From Escherichia coli (GTDB taxonomy: Bacteria > Pseudomonadota > Gammaproteobacteria > Enterobacterales > Enterobacteriaceae), in assembly GCF_050920415.1 (NCBI RefSeq), contig NZ_CP169309.1: a stretch of DNA of 64,000 bases. The stretch is one strand, 5' to 3'. Positions within the stretch are counted from its first letter, which is position 1, and each line of letters opens with the position of its first letter. Below the pieces are notes generated by a model. It saw nothing but the letters and a program-made list of their open reading frames with translations, was not told the DNA's origin and made no database searches. Made by a program: the position numbers and the translations under genes. Below, in pieces: positions 30,961-42,082 of the stretch.

Positions 30961-31994
30961 ACGAAACTCCCGCACTGGCACCCGATGGTCAGCCGTACCG
31001 ACTGTTAACTTTGCGTAACAACGCAGGGATGGTAGTCACGCTGATGGACTGGGGTGCGACTTTACTTTCCGCCCGTATTCCGCTTTCCGATGGCAGCGTC
31101 CGCGAGGCGCTGCTTGGCTGCGCCAGCCCGGAATGCTATCAGGATCAGGCCGCATTTCTTGGGGCCTCTATTGGTCGTTATGCAAACCGTATCGCCAATA
31201 GTCGTTATACCTTTGACGATGAAACCGTAACGCTTTCGCCAAGTCAGGGCGTCAACCAGCTGCACGGCGGCCCGGAAGGGTTCGACAAACATCGCTGGCA
31301 GATTGTGAACCAGAACGATCGTCAGGTGCTGTTTGCCTTGAGTTCAGATGATGGCGATCAGGGCTTTCCGGGGAATCTCGGCGCGACAGTGCAGTATCGT
31401 CTGACCGACGATAACCGTATCTCTATTACTTATCGCGCCACGGTTGATAAACCTTGCCCGGTGAATATGACTAACCACGTCTATTTCAACCTCGACGGCG
31501 AGCAGTCTGACGTACGCAATCACAAGCTGCAGATTCTGGCAGACGAATATCTGCCGGTTGATGAAGGCGGCATTCCGCACGACGGCCTGAAATCTGTCGC
31601 CGGAACGTCTTTTGATTTCCGCAGCGCCAAAATCATCGCCAGTGAATTTCTTGCCGACGATGATCAGCGCAAAGTGAAAGGTTACGATCATGCGTTCTTG
31701 TTACAGGCTAAAGGTGATGGCAAGAAAGTGGCGGCGCATGTCTGGTCAGCAGATGAAAAATTGCAACTGAAGGTCTACACCACCGCTCCGGCTCTGCAAT
31801 TTTACTCCGGCAACTTCCTTGGTGGCACGCCGTCACGGGGAACTGAACCTTACGCTGACTGGCAGGGACTGGCTCTGGAAAGCGAGTTTCTGCCGGACAG
31901 CCCAAACCACCCTGAATGGCCGCAACCGGACTGCTTCCTGCGTCCTGGCGAAGAGTATTCCAGCCTGACTGAATATCAGTTTATTGCTGAATAA
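30954..31994 (+). CDS. galM: Aldose 1-epimerase / galactose mutarotase (346 aa)
   Basis: Matches GalM; overlaps the galK end. Confidence 0.95.
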   Translation: MLNETPALAPDGQPYRLLTLRNNAGMVVTLMDWGATLLSARIPLSDGSVREALLGCASPECYQDQAAFLGASIGRYANRIANSRYTFDDETVTLSPSQGVNQLHGGPEGFDKHRWQIVNQNDRQVLFALSSDDGDQGFPGNLGATVQYRLTDDNRISITYRATVDKPCPVNMTNHVYFNLDGEQSDVRNHKLQILADEYLPVDEGGIPHDGLKSVAGTSFDFRSAKIIASEFLADDDQRKVKGYDHAFLLQAKGDGKKVAAHVWSADEKLQLKVYTTAPALQFYSGNFLGGTPSRGTEPYADWQGLALESEFLPDSPNHPEWPQPDCFLRPGEEYSSLTEYQFIAE

Positions 31995-32148
31995 CTTTAA
32001 GCCCTCGTCATGAGGGCTTTATCCTTATATTGCTCAAATCACCAGCAAACACCGACATATTTGCAACTCAATATTCACAACAACCTTACACTGCGACACT
32101 ATTTTCGCTATGGTTATGCGTAAGCATTGCCGTTGCTTCGTCACGGCA

Positions 32149-32171
32149 ATATAATGAGAATTATTATCATT
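32149..32171. promoter_or_regulatory. Fur box upstream of gpmA
   Basis: ATAATGAGAATTATTATCATT resembles the Fur consensus. Confidence 0.6.
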
Positions 32172-32196
32172 AAAAGATGGTTTGAGGAGTAAGTAT

Positions 32197-32949
32197 ATGG
32201 CTGTAACTAAGCTGGTTCTGGTTCGTCATGGCGAAAGTCAGTGGAACAAAGAAAACCGTTTTACCGGTTGGTACGACGTGGATCTGTCTGAGAAAGGCGT
32301 AAGCGAAGCAAAAGCAGCTGGTAAGCTGCTGAAAGAGGAAGGTTACAGCTTTGATTTTGCTTACACCTCTGTGCTGAAACGCGCTATCCATACCCTGTGG
32401 AATGTGCTGGACGAACTGGATCAGGCATGGCTGCCCGTTGAGAAATCCTGGAAACTGAACGAACGTCACTACGGTGCGTTGCAGGGTCTGAACAAAGCGG
32501 AAACTGCTGAAAAGTATGGCGACGAGCAGGTGAAACAGTGGCGTCGTGGTTTTGCGGTAACTCCGCCGGAACTGACTAAAGATGATGAACGTTATCCGGG
32601 CCACGATCCACGTTACGCGAAGCTGAGCGAGAAAGAGCTGCCACTGACGGAAAGCCTGGCGCTGACCATTGACCGCGTGATCCCTTACTGGAATGAAACT
32701 ATTCTGCCGCGAATGAAGAGCGGTGAGCGCGTGATCATCGCCGCACACGGTAACTCGTTACGTGCGCTGGTGAAATATCTCGATAATATGAGCGAAGAAG
32801 AGATTCTTGAGCTGAATATCCCGACTGGCGTGCCACTGGTTTATGAATTCGACGAGAATTTCAAACCGCTGAAACGCTATTATCTGGGTAATGCTGACGA
32901 GATCGCGGCGAAAGCAGCGGCCGTTGCTAACCAGGGTAAAGCGAAGTAA
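32197..32949 (+). CDS. gpmA: 2,3-bisphosphoglycerate-dependent phosphoglycerate mutase (250 aa)
   Basis: [17 protein letters not shown] catalytic His motif. Confidence 0.95.
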
Positions 32950-32974
32950 ACGTCATTCGCTTAAAAATGAGAAA

Positions 32975-33005
32975 GCCGACTGCAAGTGAGTCGGCTTTTT
33001 TGTTG
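32975..33005. terminator. Bidirectional intrinsic terminator between gpmA and aroG
   Basis: AAGCCGACT-loop-AGTCGGCTT hairpin flanked by A- and T-runs. Confidence 0.75.
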
Positions 33006-33107
33006 CTAACAATGGAGCACATTGCCTGATGCGACGCTGCGCGTCTTGTCAGGGCTACGGTGATTCATCAGATACGCCACTCTGACGGCGCATCCGACAA
33101 TTAAACC

Positions 33108-34160
33108 TTACCCGCGACGCGCTTTTACTGCATTCGCCAGTTGACGTAACAGAGCATCGGTATCTTCCCAGCCGATGCAGGCATCAGTGATGCTCTTACC
33201 GTAGGCCAGCGGCTCCCCGCTCTCGAGGCTCTGATTGCCTTCCACCAGATGGCTTTCCACCATCACGCCAATAATGGCCTTTTCGCCACCGGCAATCTGC
33301 TGGCAAACGTCAGCACAAACATCCATCTGCTTTTTGAATTGTTTCGACGAGTTAGCATGGCTGAAATCGATCATCACCTGTGCTGGCAGGCCTGCCTTGT
33401 TCAGCCCTTCTTTCACTTCAGCAACGTGCTTCGCGCTGTAGTTAGGCTCTTTACCGCCGCGCAGAATGATATGGCAATCGCCGTTACCGCTGGTGTTCAC
33501 GATCGCCGAATGCCCCCATTTGGTTACGGACAGGAAGCAGTGCGGCGCACCGGCGGCATTTATGGCATCGATAGCCACTTTAATCGTACCGTCGGTGCCA
33601 TTTTTGAAGCCGACCGGACAAGAAAGCCCAGACGCCAGTTCGCGGTGCACCTGCGATTCCGTTGTACGTGCGCCAATTGCGCCCCAGCTCATCAGGTCCG
33701 CGAGATATTGCGGGGTGATCATATCCAGGAATTCACCCGCCGCTGGCAGACCGCTGTCGTTAATATCGAGCAGCAATTTGCGGGCAATACGCAGACCGTC
33801 GTTGATCTGGAAGCTGTTATCCATATGCGGATCGTTAATCAGCCCTTTCCAGCCCACTGTGGTACGCGGCTTTTCAAAGTAGACGCGCATTACGATTTCC
33901 AGCTCATCTTTCAGCTCTTCACGCAGCGCCAGCAAGCGAGTGGCATACTCTTTAGCCGCGACGGGATCATGAATAGAACACGGACCAATCACCACCAACA
34001 GGCGATCATCATTACCTTTCAGGATCTTATGGATCGCTTTTCGGGCATGGGCAACCGTATTCGCGGCATTTTCAGTAGCGGGGAATTTTTCCAGCAATGC
34101 GACAGGAGGAAGTAACTCTTTGATTTCTTTGATTCGTAAATCGTCGTTCTGATAATTCAT
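33108..34160 (-). CDS. aroG: Phe-sensitive DAHP synthase (350 aa)
   Basis: Matches AroG (MNYQNDDLRIKEIKELLPPVALLEKFPATE...). Confidence 0.95.
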   Translation of the reverse strand: MNYQNDDLRIKEIKELLPPVALLEKFPATENAANTVAHARKAIHKILKGNDDRLLVVIGPCSIHDPVAAKEYATRLLALREELKDELEIVMRVYFEKPRTTVGWKGLINDPHMDNSFQINDGLRIARKLLLDINDSGLPAAGEFLDMITPQYLADLMSWGAIGARTTESQVHRELASGLSCPVGFKNGTDGTIKVAIDAINAAGAPHCFLSVTKWGHSAIVNTSGNGDCHIILRGGKEPNYSAKHVAEVKEGLNKAGLPAQVMIDFSHANSSKQFKKQMDVCADVCQQIAGGEKAIIGVMVESHLVEGNQSLESGEPLAYGKSITDACIGWEDTDALLRQLANAVKARRG

Positions 34161-34230
34161 GTCTGTTCCAGTGTTGCCATACTTATCTTAGTGAATGCAA
34201 TACTTCCAATCTATATCTTCCGTCAGAATG

Positions 34231-34248
34231 TGTAAACGGGGTTTTACA
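34231..34248. promoter_or_regulatory. TyrR box upstream of aroG
   Basis: TGTAAACGGGGTTTTACA (TGTAAA-N6-TTTACA). Confidence 0.8.
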
Positions 34249-34475
34249 CTATGAACGGATTAATCCTGGAATTAGCAAGAAAAACGCCAGATTGTCGCGA
34301 AAAACGAGATCTCTCCTACAATTTCTAACTGTAACTCCTTTGTTTGTTAATTATTTCAAGATTCTCTTCTGGGTATCTTTGCCTAGCTGAAATCTTAAAC
34401 AATTACTTTATATTCACCTGCAAATGCACTGTTGGAAGAGGTTATCCGACATAACGACCATAACAGGAGCATCCT

Positions 34476-34856
34476 ATGAAAATGACAAAACTGGCCACAC
34501 TATTTTTGACTGCCACTCTAAGCCTTGCCAGCGGTGCCGCACTGGCTGCCGATAGCGGAGCGCAAAGCAATAACGGCCAGGCAAACGCCGCAGCTGATGC
34601 GGGCCAGGTAGCCCCTGACGCCCGTGAAAATGTCGCGCCAAATAACGTCGACAATAACGGGGTAAATACCGGTTCTGGCGGCACAATGCTGCATCCGGAT
34701 GGTTCTTCAATGAACAATGACGGCATGACCAAAGATGAAGAGCACAAGAACACCATGTGCAAAGATGGTCGCTGCCCGGATATCAATAAAAAAGTCCAAA
34801 CCGGTGATGGCATCAACAATGATGTCGATACCAAAACCGACGGTACCACGCAGTAA
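34476..34856 (+). CDS. ybgS: Secreted protein YbgS (126 aa)
   Basis: Signal peptide; conserved position. Confidence 0.8.
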   Translation: MKMTKLATLFLTATLSLASGAALAADSGAQSNNGQANAAADAGQVAPDARENVAPNNVDNNGVNTGSGGTMLHPDGSSMNNDGMTKDEEHKNTMCKDGRCPDINKKVQTGDGINNDVDTKTDGTTQ

Positions 34857-34969
34857 CCCTGCGAAATAGCCAATAATGGGAGAGCGGAGTCTCTCCTTTT
34901 TTATTTTTCTCTTCTAAAAGCAGTATGATGTCATAAAGTTAAGTGAGAATAATTAAGGGATGACTCGTC

Positions 34970-35905
34970 ATGGCACACTCACACAGTTCCTCACACCTGC
35001 CAGAAGATAATAATGCTCGTCGCTTGTTATATGCTTTCGGCGTGACTGCCGGGTTTATGCTGGTAGAAGTCATTGGTGGTTTTCTTTCCGGTTCTCTGGC
35101 ATTGCTGGCCGATGCGGGTCATATGTTGACCGATACTGCCGCCCTGCTTTTCGCCCTACTCGCCGTGCAATTCTCCCGTCGTCCTCCCACCATTCGCCAC
35201 ACTTTCGGTTGGCTAAGATTGACCACGCTCGCGGCGTTTGTGAATGCCATCGCTCTGGTGGTGATTACCATTTTGATTGTCTGGGAGGCGATAGAACGCT
35301 TCCGCACGCCGCGTCCGGTCGAGGGTGGCATGATGATGGCTATTGCCGTGGCTGGGCTGCTGGCCAATATACTTTCTTTCTGGTTACTTCATCACGGTAG
35401 CGAAGAGAAAAACCTCAACGTGCGCGCAGCGGCACTGCATGTTCTCGGGGACCTACTGGGTTCGGTTGGGGCTATTATTGCCGCGTTGATTATTATCTGG
35501 ACCGGCTGGACACCTGCAGACCCCATTCTCTCGATACTGGTATCGCTTCTGGTTCTGCGCAGCGCCTGGCGGTTATTGAAAGACAGCGTGAATGAATTAC
35601 TTGAAGGTGCGCCCGTTTCGCTGGATATCGCTGAAATGAAACGCCGCATGTGCCGGAAAATCCCGGAAGTCCGCAATGTGCACCATGTACATGTGTGGAT
35701 GGTGGGCGAAAAGCCAGTGATGACGCTGCATGTGCAGGTGATCCCGCCACACGATCACGACGCGTTGTTGGATCAGATCCAACATTATCTGATGGATCAC
35801 TATCAGATTGCACACGCCACCATCCAGATGGAATATCAACCTTGTCATGGGCCAGAGTGCCACCTGAACGAAGGGGTGTCTGGCCATTCACATCATCATC
35901 ATTAA
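34970..35905 (+). CDS. zitB: Zinc efflux cation diffusion facilitator (311 aa)
   Basis: CDF-family TM motifs, His-rich termini. Confidence 0.9.
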   Translation: MAHSHSSSHLPEDNNARRLLYAFGVTAGFMLVEVIGGFLSGSLALLADAGHMLTDTAALLFALLAVQFSRRPPTIRHTFGWLRLTTLAAFVNAIALVVITILIVWEAIERFRTPRPVEGGMMMAIAVAGLLANILSFWLLHHGSEEKNLNVRAAALHVLGDLLGSVGAIIAALIIIWTGWTPADPILSILVSLLVLRSAWRLLKDSVNELLEGAPVSLDIAEMKRRMCRKIPEVRNVHHVHVWMVGEKPVMTLHVQVIPPHDHDALLDQIQHYLMDHYQIAHATIQMEYQPCHGPECHLNEGVSGHSHHHH

Positions 35906-36621
35906 TGGGACAGCGCGCGTGAACCTCTTTCGCGTGCGCTGTTGATCCACATCCGGCTGCCGTTGAGGGCAATAAAGGTCAGGATGATGTACTCCAGAGA
36001 CATGGCGTAAACGCCCTGAAGTGCAAAAATAACGACGCTAATCACGTTAATAATCACCCACAATAGCCAGTTTTCCACATACTTACGTGTCATCAGAATC
36101 ATTGCCACGATAGATAACACCATCATGCAGGAATCCCAGAACGGGAAGGCATCCGGTTGCAGTTCAGGCATTGCAACCTGTAATCCTAACGCTTGCATGA
36201 TCATAACTGCCACGCGGGTCAAAAATGCAAACACCGGATTGATAAATACCGTCATCAGACTAATCGAAACAACGCAAACCGCAATCCAGCTTAGCGCCTT
36301 CGGCAATGGCAACCAGCGAATTTTCAACTCCGCCTCGTTCTGACTGGTTTGTCGCGACCACGCATACCAACCGTAAATATTCGCGGCAAAGAAAAACACC
36401 TGTAATAGCAGGCTGGCATACAGCTGAATCTGAAAGAAAATAATGCCAAACAAGGTGACGTTGATCAGGCCAAAGAAGTAGTTGCTGATCTTCTCCAGAC
36501 TGGCAAGGCCAATACACAGCAACCCGGCGATCGTGCCTACCGCTTCGATCCATGAGAGATCATAACCGCCTGCTCCTATTGGTATATGTACCAGGATATT
36601 CTGCACACTAAAAAAATCCAT
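35902..36621 (-). CDS. pnuC: Nicotinamide riboside transporter (239 aa)
   Basis: Matches PnuC; downstream of nadA in one operon. Confidence 0.9.
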   Translation of the reverse strand: MDFFSVQNILVHIPIGAGGYDLSWIEAVGTIAGLLCIGLASLEKISNYFFGLINVTLFGIIFFQIQLYASLLLQVFFFAANIYGWYAWSRQTSQNEAELKIRWLPLPKALSWIAVCVVSISLMTVFINPVFAFLTRVAVMIMQALGLQVAMPELQPDAFPFWDSCMMVLSIVAMILMTRKYVENWLLWVIINVISVVIFALQGVYAMSLEYIILTFIALNGSRMWINSARERGSRALSH

Positions 36622-36658
36622 CTTTCCCCCAAAGCGTAACGTGACGCCTTATTATTAG

Positions 36659-37702
36659 TTATCCACGTAGTGTAGCCGCAAAATCCAGCATACGATTGAG
36701 CGGCACCAGCGCCTTCTCTCGCAGCCTTTCCTCAACATGAACCTCGTGATTGCTTCCTTCCTGTTCTAATGCCTCTGCGATGGCCTGAAGGCCATTCATG
36801 GCCATCCACGGACAATGCGCGCAGCTGCGGCAGGTTGCGCCCTCACCCGCGGTTGGTGCTTCCCGTAACTCTTTATCTGGCACCGCCTGCTGCATTTTGT
36901 AGAAAATACCCCGATCGGTTGCCACGATAAGTCGCTGATGTGGCAATGTTTTCGCAGCAGCGATCAGTTGACTGGTGGAACCGACCGCATCCGCCATATC
37001 TACAATAGCTTGCGGTGATTCTGGATGCACCAGTATGGCAGCATCCGGGTATTCTTCTTGCAAGCGGGTTAACGCCTGAGTCTTAAACTCATCATGCACA
37101 ATGCAGGCACCCTGCCAGCATAAAATGTCTGCGCCCGTCTGTTTTTGCACGTAACGCCCCAGATGTTTGTCGGGAGCCCAGATGATTTTTTCCCCCAAAC
37201 TATCCAGATGATCAATAAGTTCGACGGCAATGCTTGAAGTTACCACCCAATCTGCGCGCGCTTTTACCGCAGCAGAAGTGTTGGCGTAGACGACGACAGT
37301 ACGATCGGGATGGGCATCGCAAAATGCGTTAAATTCTTCAACAGGGCAGCCGAGATCCAGTGAACATTCAGCCTGAAGTGTCGGCATCAGAATTGTTTTT
37401 TCCGGACTGAGAATTTTGGCGGTTTCTCCCATAAATCTCACCCCAGCGACTAACAACGTAGAAGCGGGATGCTTTGCACCGAAGCGCGCCATTTCCAGAG
37501 AATCAGAAATACAGCCACCCGTTTCTTCTGCCAGTTGTTGAATTTCGGGATCGGTATAGTAGTGGGCAACCATCACCGCATTACGTTCTTTTAGCAGACG
37601 TTTTATCTTCTCACGGTAATACGCTTTTTCATCAATACTTAACGGCGTCGGCTTCGGGGGGAAAGGATAAATCGCCGCTTCAGGATCAAACATCACGCTC
37701 AT
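36659..37702 (-). CDS. nadA: Quinolinate synthase A (347 aa)
   Basis: Matches NadA ([21 protein letters not shown]...). Confidence 0.95.
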   Translation of the reverse strand: MSVMFDPEAAIYPFPPKPTPLSIDEKAYYREKIKRLLKERNAVMVAHYYTDPEIQQLAEETGGCISDSLEMARFGAKHPASTLLVAGVRFMGETAKILSPEKTILMPTLQAECSLDLGCPVEEFNAFCDAHPDRTVVVYANTSAAVKARADWVVTSSIAVELIDHLDSLGEKIIWAPDKHLGRYVQKQTGADILCWQGACIVHDEFKTQALTRLQEEYPDAAILVHPESPQAIVDMADAVGSTSQLIAAAKTLPHQRLIVATDRGIFYKMQQAVPDKELREAPTAGEGATCRSCAHCPWMAMNGLQAIAEALEQEGSNHEVHVEERLREKALVPLNRMLDFAATLRG

Positions 37703-37772
37703 CTTACCATCTCGTTTTACAGGCTTAACATTAAAACCGACATAAGCGTGATATTCGCTATTATCGGCATGA

Positions 37773-37792
37773 TTTGTTTTATATGCTAAACA
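37773..37792. promoter_or_regulatory. NadR operator upstream of nadA
   Basis: Palindrome TTGTTTTATATGCTAAACAA (TGTTTA...TAAACA). Confidence 0.7.
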
Positions 37793-37947
37793 AGATAGTC
37801 GAATGGTGGGGAAAAGTCACTCGAAATACGTATGAGATGACGAATGCCACACTTTGCGTCTTATTCCTCCGACGTAGAGTCGTTTACGCAGCAAGCGCGG
37901 AGTATGTCATCAGGGTCAAGAATTGAAATTGAGAGATGCCTGAATAG

Positions 37948-37974
37948 CAAAAAAGCGCCTTTAGGGCGCTTTTT
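37948..37974 (-). terminator. Second (duplicated) copy of the lysT-operon terminator hairpin
   Basis: AAAAAAGCGCC-TTTAG-GGCGCTTTTTT, near-identical to 38105-38132. Confidence 0.6.
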
Positions 37975-38104
37975 TACATTGGTGGGTCGTGCAGGATGAC
38001 TCACTTCGCTCGCCCTTCGGGCCGTCGCCGCGAGCGGCTCCGTTGTTTCGCTGCGCTCAACTCGAACCTGCTGCAGGTTCGAATCTTTGAATATCCCAGA
38101 TAGC

Positions 38105-38132
38105 AAAAAAGCGCCTTTAGGGCGCTTTTTTT
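38105..38132 (-). terminator. Intrinsic (bidirectional) terminator after lysQ
   Basis: GCGCC-TTTAG-GGCGC hairpin flanked by A- and T-runs immediately 3-prime of the last tRNA. Confidence 0.8.
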
Positions 38133-38136
38133 ACAT

Positions 38137-38212
38137 TGGTGGGTCGTGCAGGATTCGAACCTGCGACCAATTGATTAAAAGTCAACTGCTCTACCAACTG
38201 AGCTAACGACCC
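38137..38212 (-). tRNA. lysQ: tRNA-Lys (UUU)
   Basis: Reverse complement matches E. coli tRNA-Lys incl. anticodon loop CUUUUAA and CCA end. Confidence 0.95.
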
Positions 38213-38344
38213 CTTGCGGGATTATGCTGCTTTAATCATTCAGGATGGTGGGTCGTGCAGGATGACTCGACTTCGTCTCGCCCTTCGGGCCGTTGCTGAC
38301 GCAACGTTATCCTTCACATTCTCTACCAGTAACCACCTTTAAAT

Positions 38345-38420
38345 TGGTGGGTCGTGCAGGATTCGAACCTGCGACCAATTGATTAAAAGTCAACTGCTCT
38401 ACCAACTGAGCTAACGACCC
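38345..38420 (-). tRNA. lysZ: tRNA-Lys (UUU)
   Basis: Identical to the other tRNA-Lys copies. Confidence 0.95.
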
Positions 38421-38566
38421 ATACGGGTGTTACCTGAATGATTTCTACTCGGGACCAATCTTTAATATTGGTGGATCGTGCAGGATGACTCGCTTCGCTC
38501 GCCCTACGGGCCGTTGCTGGCGCAACGTTATCCTTCACGCTTAACATCTGAGTTTGATGTTAAAAC

Positions 38567-38642
38567 TGGTGGGTCGTGCAGGATTCGAACCTGCGACCAA
38601 TTGATTAAAAGTCAACTGCTCTACCAACTGAGCTAACGACCC
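38567..38642 (-). tRNA. lysY: tRNA-Lys (UUU)
   Basis: Identical to the other tRNA-Lys copies. Confidence 0.95.
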
Positions 38643-38645
38643 GAG

Positions 38646-38721
38646 TGGTGGGTGATGACGGGATCGAACCGCCGACCCCCTCCTTGTAAGGGAGGTGCTC
38701 TCCCAGCTGAGCTAATCACCC
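38646..38721 (-). tRNA. valZ: tRNA-Val (UAC)
   Basis: Reverse complement matches E. coli tRNA-Val (anticodon loop CUUACAA). Confidence 0.95.
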
Positions 38722-38771
38722 GATACTGCGCTGGATACTACAAACTACTTCCACCGAACCCACCGCATTAG

Positions 38772-38847
38772 TGGTGGGTCGTGCAGGATTCGAACCTGCG
38801 ACCAATTGATTAAAAGTCAACTGCTCTACCAACTGAGCTAACGACCC
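38772..38847 (-). tRNA. lysW: tRNA-Lys (UUU)
   Basis: Identical to the other tRNA-Lys copies. Confidence 0.95.
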
Positions 38848-38849
38848 GG

Positions 38850-38925
38850 TGGTGGGTGATGACGGGATCGAACCGCCGACCCCCTCCTTGTAAGGGAGGT
38901 GCTCTCCCAGCTGAGCTAATCACCC
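38850..38925 (-). tRNA. valT: tRNA-Val (UAC)
   Basis: Identical to the other tRNA-Val copy. Confidence 0.95.
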
Positions 38926-39060
38926 GATACTACGCTGGATACTACAACTAACTAGGTTAGTGGTGGGTCGTGCAGGATGACTCGACTTCGTCTCGCCCTT
39001 CGGGCCGTTGCTGACGCAACGTTATCCTTCACGTTTTACTACCGCTTCCACCTTAGCGAT

Positions 39061-39136
39061 TGGTGGGTCGTGCAGGATTCGAACCTGCGACCAATTGATT
39101 AAAAGTCAACTGCTCTACCAACTGAGCTAACGACCC
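39061..39136 (-). tRNA. lysT: tRNA-Lys (UUU)
   Basis: Identical to the other tRNA-Lys copies; first gene of the operon. Confidence 0.95.
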
Positions 39137-39300
39137 ACTTTTTCGTTGCTTTCGGTTTGTTTGATATCCCGTGGCAACGGCGGCATATATTACTGATTTC
39201 AGACTTGAGCGCAACAAAAATTTCGATGTAGATCACTCAACTGCTTATGATTCGCACGACACGACCAGAAATAATGCGACTTCTGGTCGTGTGTTATGCA

Positions 39301-40092
39301 TTACATCGCGTTCAGACGTTTTTGCGCCTGTTTTGCGCCATCAGTACCAGGGTATTTACTGATAACCTGCTGGTATACGGCTTTCGCTTTTGCGGTGTCA
39401 CCTTTCTCCTGCATGATGACGCCGACTTTAAACATCGCATCTGCAGCCTTCGGTGACTTCGGATAGTTTTTCACTACCGAAGCAAAATAATACGCCGCAT
39501 CATCTTTTTTACCCTTGTTGTAGTTTAACTGACCCAGCCAATAATTGGCGTTTGGCAGGTAAGTTGAATCAGGGTAATTTTTGATGAAATTCTGAAATGC
39601 CACCATTGCGTCATCCTGGCGGGATTTATCCTGCACCAGCGCAATAGCTGCATTGTAATCCGTGTTTGCATCACCGCTTTTCACCGGCGCGCCAGCATTC
39701 GCAGTACCAGCATCAGCTGTCGGCGTCGTTGATGCCGCCGCACCGCTTTGATCGCCGCTGGTTGATTGCGCCGCTGCACCACCGCTGCTGAGGCTATCGA
39801 TCTGCAACAGGATCTGCTTTTGCCGCTCCACGACCTGATTCAGTTGATACTGATTTTCCTGAATCTGACCACGCAGGGAATCAATATCGGATTGATTATC
39901 AGAGAGTTGTTGCTGGAGTTGGGTTAAAAGCTGGCTGTGAGCATTAGAAATACGCTCAAGTTGAGTGACGCGGTCTTCGACCGAGCCTGAGCCGACACTA
40001 CTGATTGGTGCCTGAGCAAAAGCGGCCCAGGGGGCCGCTATACCAACCAGTAACGACAGACTCAATAGTTGATGTCTGAAGTTACTGCTCAT
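39301..40092 (-). CDS. cpoB: Cell division coordinator CpoB/YbgF (263 aa)
   Basis: Signal peptide, coiled-coil and TPR region; last gene of the tol-pal cluster. Confidence 0.9.
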   Translation of the reverse strand: MSSNFRHQLLSLSLLVGIAAPWAAFAQAPISSVGSGSVEDRVTQLERISNAHSQLLTQLQQQLSDNQSDIDSLRGQIQENQYQLNQVVERQKQILLQIDSLSSGGAAAQSTSGDQSGAAASTTPTADAGTANAGAPVKSGDANTDYNAAIALVQDKSRQDDAMVAFQNFIKNYPDSTYLPNANYWLGQLNYNKGKKDDAAYYFASVVKNYPKSPKAADAMFKVGVIMQEKGDTAKAKAVYQQVISKYPGTDGAKQAQKRLNAM

Positions 40093-40101
40093 GCAATTCT
40101 C

Positions 40102-40647
<546 letters not shown>

Positions 40648-40657
40648 TTAATTATTA

Positions 40658-41950
40658 TCACAGATACGGCGACCAGGCAGGGAATTTGACCTGTCCATCA
40701 GTTGCCGGAAGACGCGCTTTGAAACGCCCATCTGTAGAAACCAAATTCAGCACGGATCCCATCCCCTGAGAAGAGCTGTAGATTACCATAGTGCCGTTAG
40801 GTGCCAGACTTGGCGTTTCATCCAGGAACGTGGACGACAGAACTTGTACGCCTCCCGTTGCCAGATCTTGTTTGGCAATGTGCTGCTGCCCACCATTGGA
40901 GCTGACCATTACCATAAATTTACCGTCGCTGCTGACATCCGCATCCTGGTTCTGCGAACCTTCCCAGGTAATACGTTGTGGCGCACCGCCGTTGATATTC
41001 ACTTTATAAACCTGCGGACGACCGGCCTGGTCAGAAGTAAATGCCAGGTTCTGGCTGTCCGGGAACCAGGTCGGTTCGGTATTGTTACTGCGACCATCAG
41101 TCACCTGGCGGATCTGACCAGAAGCCAAATCCATTACGTACAGGTTCAGGCTACCGGTTTTCGACAAGGCGAATGCCAGTTTGCTGCCGTCTGGCGAGAA
41201 TGCAGGGGCACCGTTGTGACGCGGGAATGAAGCCACCTGACGTACAGCACCATTTGCCAGCGTTTGAATAACCAGCGCTGAACGACCGCTCTCGAAAGTC
41301 ACATAGGCCAGTTTAGAACCATCCGGTGACCATGCCGGAGACATCAGCGGCTGCGGAGAACGGTGAACGACAAACTGGTTGTAACCGTCATAGTCAGATA
41401 CGCGCAGTTCATACGGGAACTGACCGCCGTTGGTCTGAACAACGTAGGCAATACGGGTACGGAACGCACCTTTAATGCCGGTCAGTTTTTCAAACACTTC
41501 ATCACTGGCGGTATGACCAGCATAACGCAGCCACTGCTTGTTCACTTTGTACGAGTTCTGAGCAAGTACAGTACCCGGTGCGCCGCCAGTGTCAACCAGC
41601 TGATAAGCAACATTGTAAGAGCCGTCCGGATTCGGAGTGACCTGGCCGACAACCACAGCGTCAATGCCCAGCGCAGACCATGCTGCTGGTTGTACTTCCT
41701 GTGCACTACCCGGCTGCTGTGGCAGACGAGCGCGATCTAATGGATTAAATTTACCGCTGTTACGCAAGTCAGCAGCAACGATGCCGCCAATATCTTCAGG
41801 TGCTGCACCAGGACCCGCCCACTGGAAAGGAACAACGCCAATAGGACGACCGGAATCTACACCGCTGTCGATCACAATGCGGACTTCAGCATGCAGAACT
41901 GATGCCCACAGTATGAGAAAACCAAATGCTACTCGTAATGCCTGCTTCAT
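40658..41950 (-). CDS. tolB: Tol-Pal system periplasmic protein TolB (430 aa)
   Basis: Matches TolB ([30 protein letters not shown]...). Confidence 0.95.
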   Translation of the reverse strand: MKQALRVAFGFLILWASVLHAEVRIVIDSGVDSGRPIGVVPFQWAGPGAAPEDIGGIVAADLRNSGKFNPLDRARLPQQPGSAQEVQPAAWSALGIDAVVVGQVTPNPDGSYNVAYQLVDTGGAPGTVLAQNSYKVNKQWLRYAGHTASDEVFEKLTGIKGAFRTRIAYVVQTNGGQFPYELRVSDYDGYNQFVVHRSPQPLMSPAWSPDGSKLAYVTFESGRSALVIQTLANGAVRQVASFPRHNGAPAFSPDGSKLAFALSKTGSLNLYVMDLASGQIRQVTDGRSNNTEPTWFPDSQNLAFTSDQAGRPQVYKVNINGGAPQRITWEGSQNQDADVSSDGKFMVMVSSNGGQQHIAKQDLATGGVQVLSSTFLDETPSLAPNGTMVIYSSSQGMGSVLNLVSTDGRFKARLPATDGQVKFPAWSPYL

Positions 41951-42082
41951 CATATCTCCCTTATCTGGACCGATGGCCCACGATAATTTAGCAGAATGTT
42001 AACAAACTAAAATACACAAAACTACCAGAACCCCGTGGCAACCGGTGTCTGATGTTGACCGTCGGAACAGTCAGCATCGCGA

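Noticed and set aside
37948-39136. Regularly spaced ~76-bp direct repeats with ~100-200 bp spacers, superficially CRISPR-like
   Set aside because: The repeats are complete tRNA-Lys and tRNA-Val genes with proper anticodon loops and CCA ends; there is no cas gene or CRISPR repeat structure.
39171-39456. Two short plus-strand ORFs (63 and 69 aa) upstream of lysT
   Set aside because: They lie in the lysT operon promoter region and overlap the cpoB 3-prime end antisense; no RBS or coding signal.
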